From Veleropilina oligotropha (taxonomy: Eukaryota): a stretch of 64,000 nucleotides of DNA. Shown here one piece after another: positions 62,401-64,000 of this stretch. Numbering within the stretch: the first letter of the stretch is position 1; every line of letters starts with the position of its first letter. The translations under genes were made by a program, and so were the position numbers. The stretch covers positions 1 to 64,000 of the forward strand of contig JBEUKZ010000092.1 in assembly GCA_048128005.1 (NCBI GenBank), in the 5' to 3' direction. The notes under the pieces were generated by a model. It was not told the DNA's origin and ran no database searches. It saw only the letters and a list, made by a program, of their open reading frames with translations.

Positions 62401-62458
62401 CCGTATTCTTCGGCACCCCAGCTGCAAAATATTATGGTCCTTCGTGGGCGCCACTTTC
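47226..62458 (-). CDS. NAALAD2: Glutamate carboxypeptidase II / NAALADase-like (peptidase M28B) host gene, last nine coding exons; 5' part lies beyond the window
   Basis: Exons 62373-62458, 61487-61550, 60955-61022, 59485-59585, 58726-58816, 58063-58152, 56272-56437, 52683-52764, 50503-50595 and 47226-47436 (ten segments counting the terminal exon) splice in consistent phase. The protein reads [44 protein letters not shown]...GSGSDY...[10 protein letters not shown]...[27 protein letters not shown]...FPGL. Confidence 0.93.
50503..50595 (-). CDS. NAALAD2: NAALADase-like exon (93 bp)
   Basis: [34 protein letters not shown] boundaries. Confidence 0.92.
51012..51273 (+). mobile_element. tRNA-derived SINE copy
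   Basis: Family body with a (TTTCC)n tail. 13-bp TSD CTGTCCTGCATTT at 50999-51011 and 51274-51286. Confidence 0.85.
51370..51730 (+). mobile_element. I/Nimb-group LINE fragment (RNase H and C-terminal region)
   Basis: [15 protein letters not shown] (RNase H motif PSH.GI.GNE.AD) and [29 protein letters not shown]. Confidence 0.7.
52683..52764 (-). CDS. NAALAD2: NAALADase-like exon (82 bp)
   Basis: [31 protein letters not shown] boundaries, phases fit both neighbours. Confidence 0.88.
53005..56153. mobile_element. MITE-like element with a duplicated internal unit; host of the Harbinger insertion
   Basis: TTTCCATATACTTGTAACGCAACG...CTGTCGGCGA (about 53013) is inverted at about 56114-56153. 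55451-55745 is directly repeated at about 55832-56125. Confidence 0.6.
53096..55447 (-). mobile_element. PIF/Harbinger DNA transposon with a decayed DDE transposase
   Basis: TIRs AGCCCCAGT.ACACTAGAGATACGACC / GGTCGTATCTCTAGTGTGACTGGGGCT. Broken transposase [15 protein letters not shown]...F.V...[20 protein letters not shown]...[26 protein letters not shown]...ACVCLHN. Confidence 0.92.
56272..56437 (-). CDS. NAALAD2: NAALADase-like exon (166 bp)
   Basis: [30 protein letters not shown]...NNGIEL; AG/GT boundaries. Confidence 0.9.
57546..57812 (+). mobile_element. Full-length tRNA-derived SINE
   Basis: A-box-like CAGCGCAGTGG, B-box GGTTCAATACC, core GGTTTACCCGGGCGACCGGGGTTTCCTCCC, (TTCC)n tail. 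15-bp TSD TTCCATTGCACATGC at 57531-57545 and 57813-57827. Confidence 0.9.
58063..58152 (-). CDS. NAALAD2: NAALADase-like exon (90 bp)
   Basis: [30 protein letters not shown], including the Zn-ligand His motif YPLYHS. Confidence 0.92.
58726..58816 (-). CDS. NAALAD2: NAALADase-like exon (91 bp)
   Basis: [34 protein letters not shown] boundaries. Confidence 0.92.
59485..59585 (-). CDS. NAALAD2: NAALADase-like exon (101 bp)
   Basis: [37 protein letters not shown] boundaries, phase 0/2. Confidence 0.88.
60955..61022 (-). CDS. NAALAD2: NAALADase-like exon (68 bp)
   Basis: [27 protein letters not shown] boundaries. Confidence 0.88.
61487..61550 (-). CDS. NAALAD2: NAALADase-like exon (64 bp)
   Basis: [21 protein letters not shown], including the Zn-ligand Asp motif YVNID. 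Confidence 0.92.
62373..62458 (-). CDS. NAALAD2: NAALADase-like catalytic exon (86 bp) with a GC donor
   Basis: [28 protein letters not shown], containing the catalytic EE motif. Donor GAG|GCGAGT. Confidence 0.92.
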
Positions 62459-62695
62459 CTGCAGTAAATATATTTGGTTGGCGAAATAAATGACTACAAA
62501 TCAGTGTCATACCGAGAATGTCCATATTATCACTGGAGAAAATCTCGGTCGCCCGAGAACATGTCTCGTTTGAACAACAAATGACTGTTAATTTCACTAA
62601 ATTCCCAATCCTGTAATTCAGAGCAGTCAGACGAATAAAGTGGGAGCAACATTCTTATATATCACACCACTATAATAATAATACATTTTTAATAG

Positions 62696-62958
62696 GGGCC
62701 GCTTCGGCAGCGCAGTGGGTAAGAGTGTCCACTCTAAATTCACTGGCTTGATTCCGCTAATGCGAACAGTAGTGGGTTCAATACCTGGCTGCGGCATTGA
62801 CATTTGTTCAAGTTATGAATCACAGTTGTCCGCGACTGGCCGAAGAGGGTGGGTTTACCCGGGCGACCGGGGTTTCCTCCAGCGATAACACGGACATGTC
62901 CTGCCTTGAACCTCGATGTTGTAAATATACAGGACATTAAGCATAATTCCTCCCTCCC
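62696..62958 (+). mobile_element. Full-length tRNA-derived SINE
   Basis: Near-identical to the 57546 copy. 13-bp TSD ACATTTTTAATAG at 62683-62695 and 62959-62971. Confidence 0.9.
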
Positions 62959-63577
62959 ACATTTTTAATAGTAATAAATGTATTTACCATAACACAACAT
63001 AATAGTTATTATATATACAAAATAATTATATACGCACACACATACATACATATATACATATAATGTAATATGTAAATATATAAATAACATTTTGTTTAAT
63101 ACATTAAGAAAAAAATGTATAAATATAATAAATATGTTGTTATGGAAGGACGATCTATGAAACCATCACGGGCTTATTATAGTTAGATACCATTTTTTGC
63201 TGTGTCGACTAGACGAAAGAGAGACATAACACGAGCCAATTTGGTCGGGATGAATTGAGAATATTTTTTTATCTCGGAACTTTGCTACCAATGACCAATT
63301 TTCACAAATTAAAGTGAAACTATGGTGTACTGTTAGGGCCAACTTTCGATCTTCGCTCCTTCGTGATTCGCTCCTTCGCATCTTCGCTCCTTCGCGTTCG
63401 AAAATTTGAAATCACTGGCTCCTTTGAGCTAATTACAGGAGTAAGATCGAATCTCGGCTGGGACATTAACATTCTTTGTTCGCCTATCAAACGCAGTTCA
63501 CCGAAACTGGCCGGAGATGGCGGGTTTCCACAGGACATACAAATCAATCCATCAAATTCATCTCTTGTAGTCTACTA

Positions 63578-63764
63578 ACGGGATATCACGGGTTCAAGCC
63601 CCGTGAGAGCCCGGGATTTTTCCAATGATCGCTGCCTCTATTGCACACAGCACCACTTCGTTTCATCATTCAAGGTTGATTGACCCGAATCATAACTAAA
63701 ATACTGTTGGCGTGGTCGTTAAACATCAATTCATCGTCATCAACGTCATCATCATCATCATCAT
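63578..63764 (+). mobile_element. SINE of a second family (partial)
   Basis: B-box GGTTCAAGCCC, 3' end ...CTGTTGGCGTGGTCGTTAAACATCAA, then a (CAT)n tail. Confidence 0.55.
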
Positions 63765-64000
63765 CTCTTTTACCAGTTACACCAGATTTTCATCATTCGA
63801 ACCAATAATATTCTCAATCTAGTTTGCATCTACACTGCTTACATAGCTATTAGGCCATACTTCTGAGGGTTTTTATATGATCTAAAATCACATAGTGACT
63901 GTCACTAAATATAGTTTCTCATGGCCTGGTGGGTATCATCATTCAAAGCTGCATTGACCGTACAAATTAGATAAAAATGCTTTTGATTTTAGAAACCCTA

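Overview
This is AT-rich, repeat-dense animal genomic DNA, probably a marine invertebrate (inferred from the repeat types), not a prokaryote. The main feature is a GC-rich 12,592-bp integrated Polinton/Maverick-like (adintovirus-like) virus at 30859-43450. It has 385-bp terminal inverted repeats (about 6 mismatches), G6...C6 ends and a perfect 6-bp target-site duplication (CTGCTA). It encodes a major capsid protein, a penton-like minor capsid protein, an A32-type packaging ATPase, and a truncated PolB-like gene facing a truncated retroviral-type integrase across an apparent internal deletion. Unusually, it also carries about seven predicted membrane proteins (one starting with adjacent PSAP and LYPxL late-domain-like motifs) and a secreted Cys-rich cargo protein, and no adenain protease is recognisable. 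This copy is decaying (frameshifts in the capsid, ATPase and pol genes). To the right are the last nine coding exons of a host glutamate carboxypeptidase II/NAALADase (M28) gene on the minus strand (47226-62458), with one GC-AG intron. The remainder is transposon debris: nested Helentron-like elements, a tRNA-derived SINE family, RTE, CR1/L2, I-group and Penelope fragments, Harbinger, pogo, MULE and Kolobok-like elements, and an orphan TM9SF4 pseudo-exon. All protein calls come from motif recognition by eye; no searches were run.
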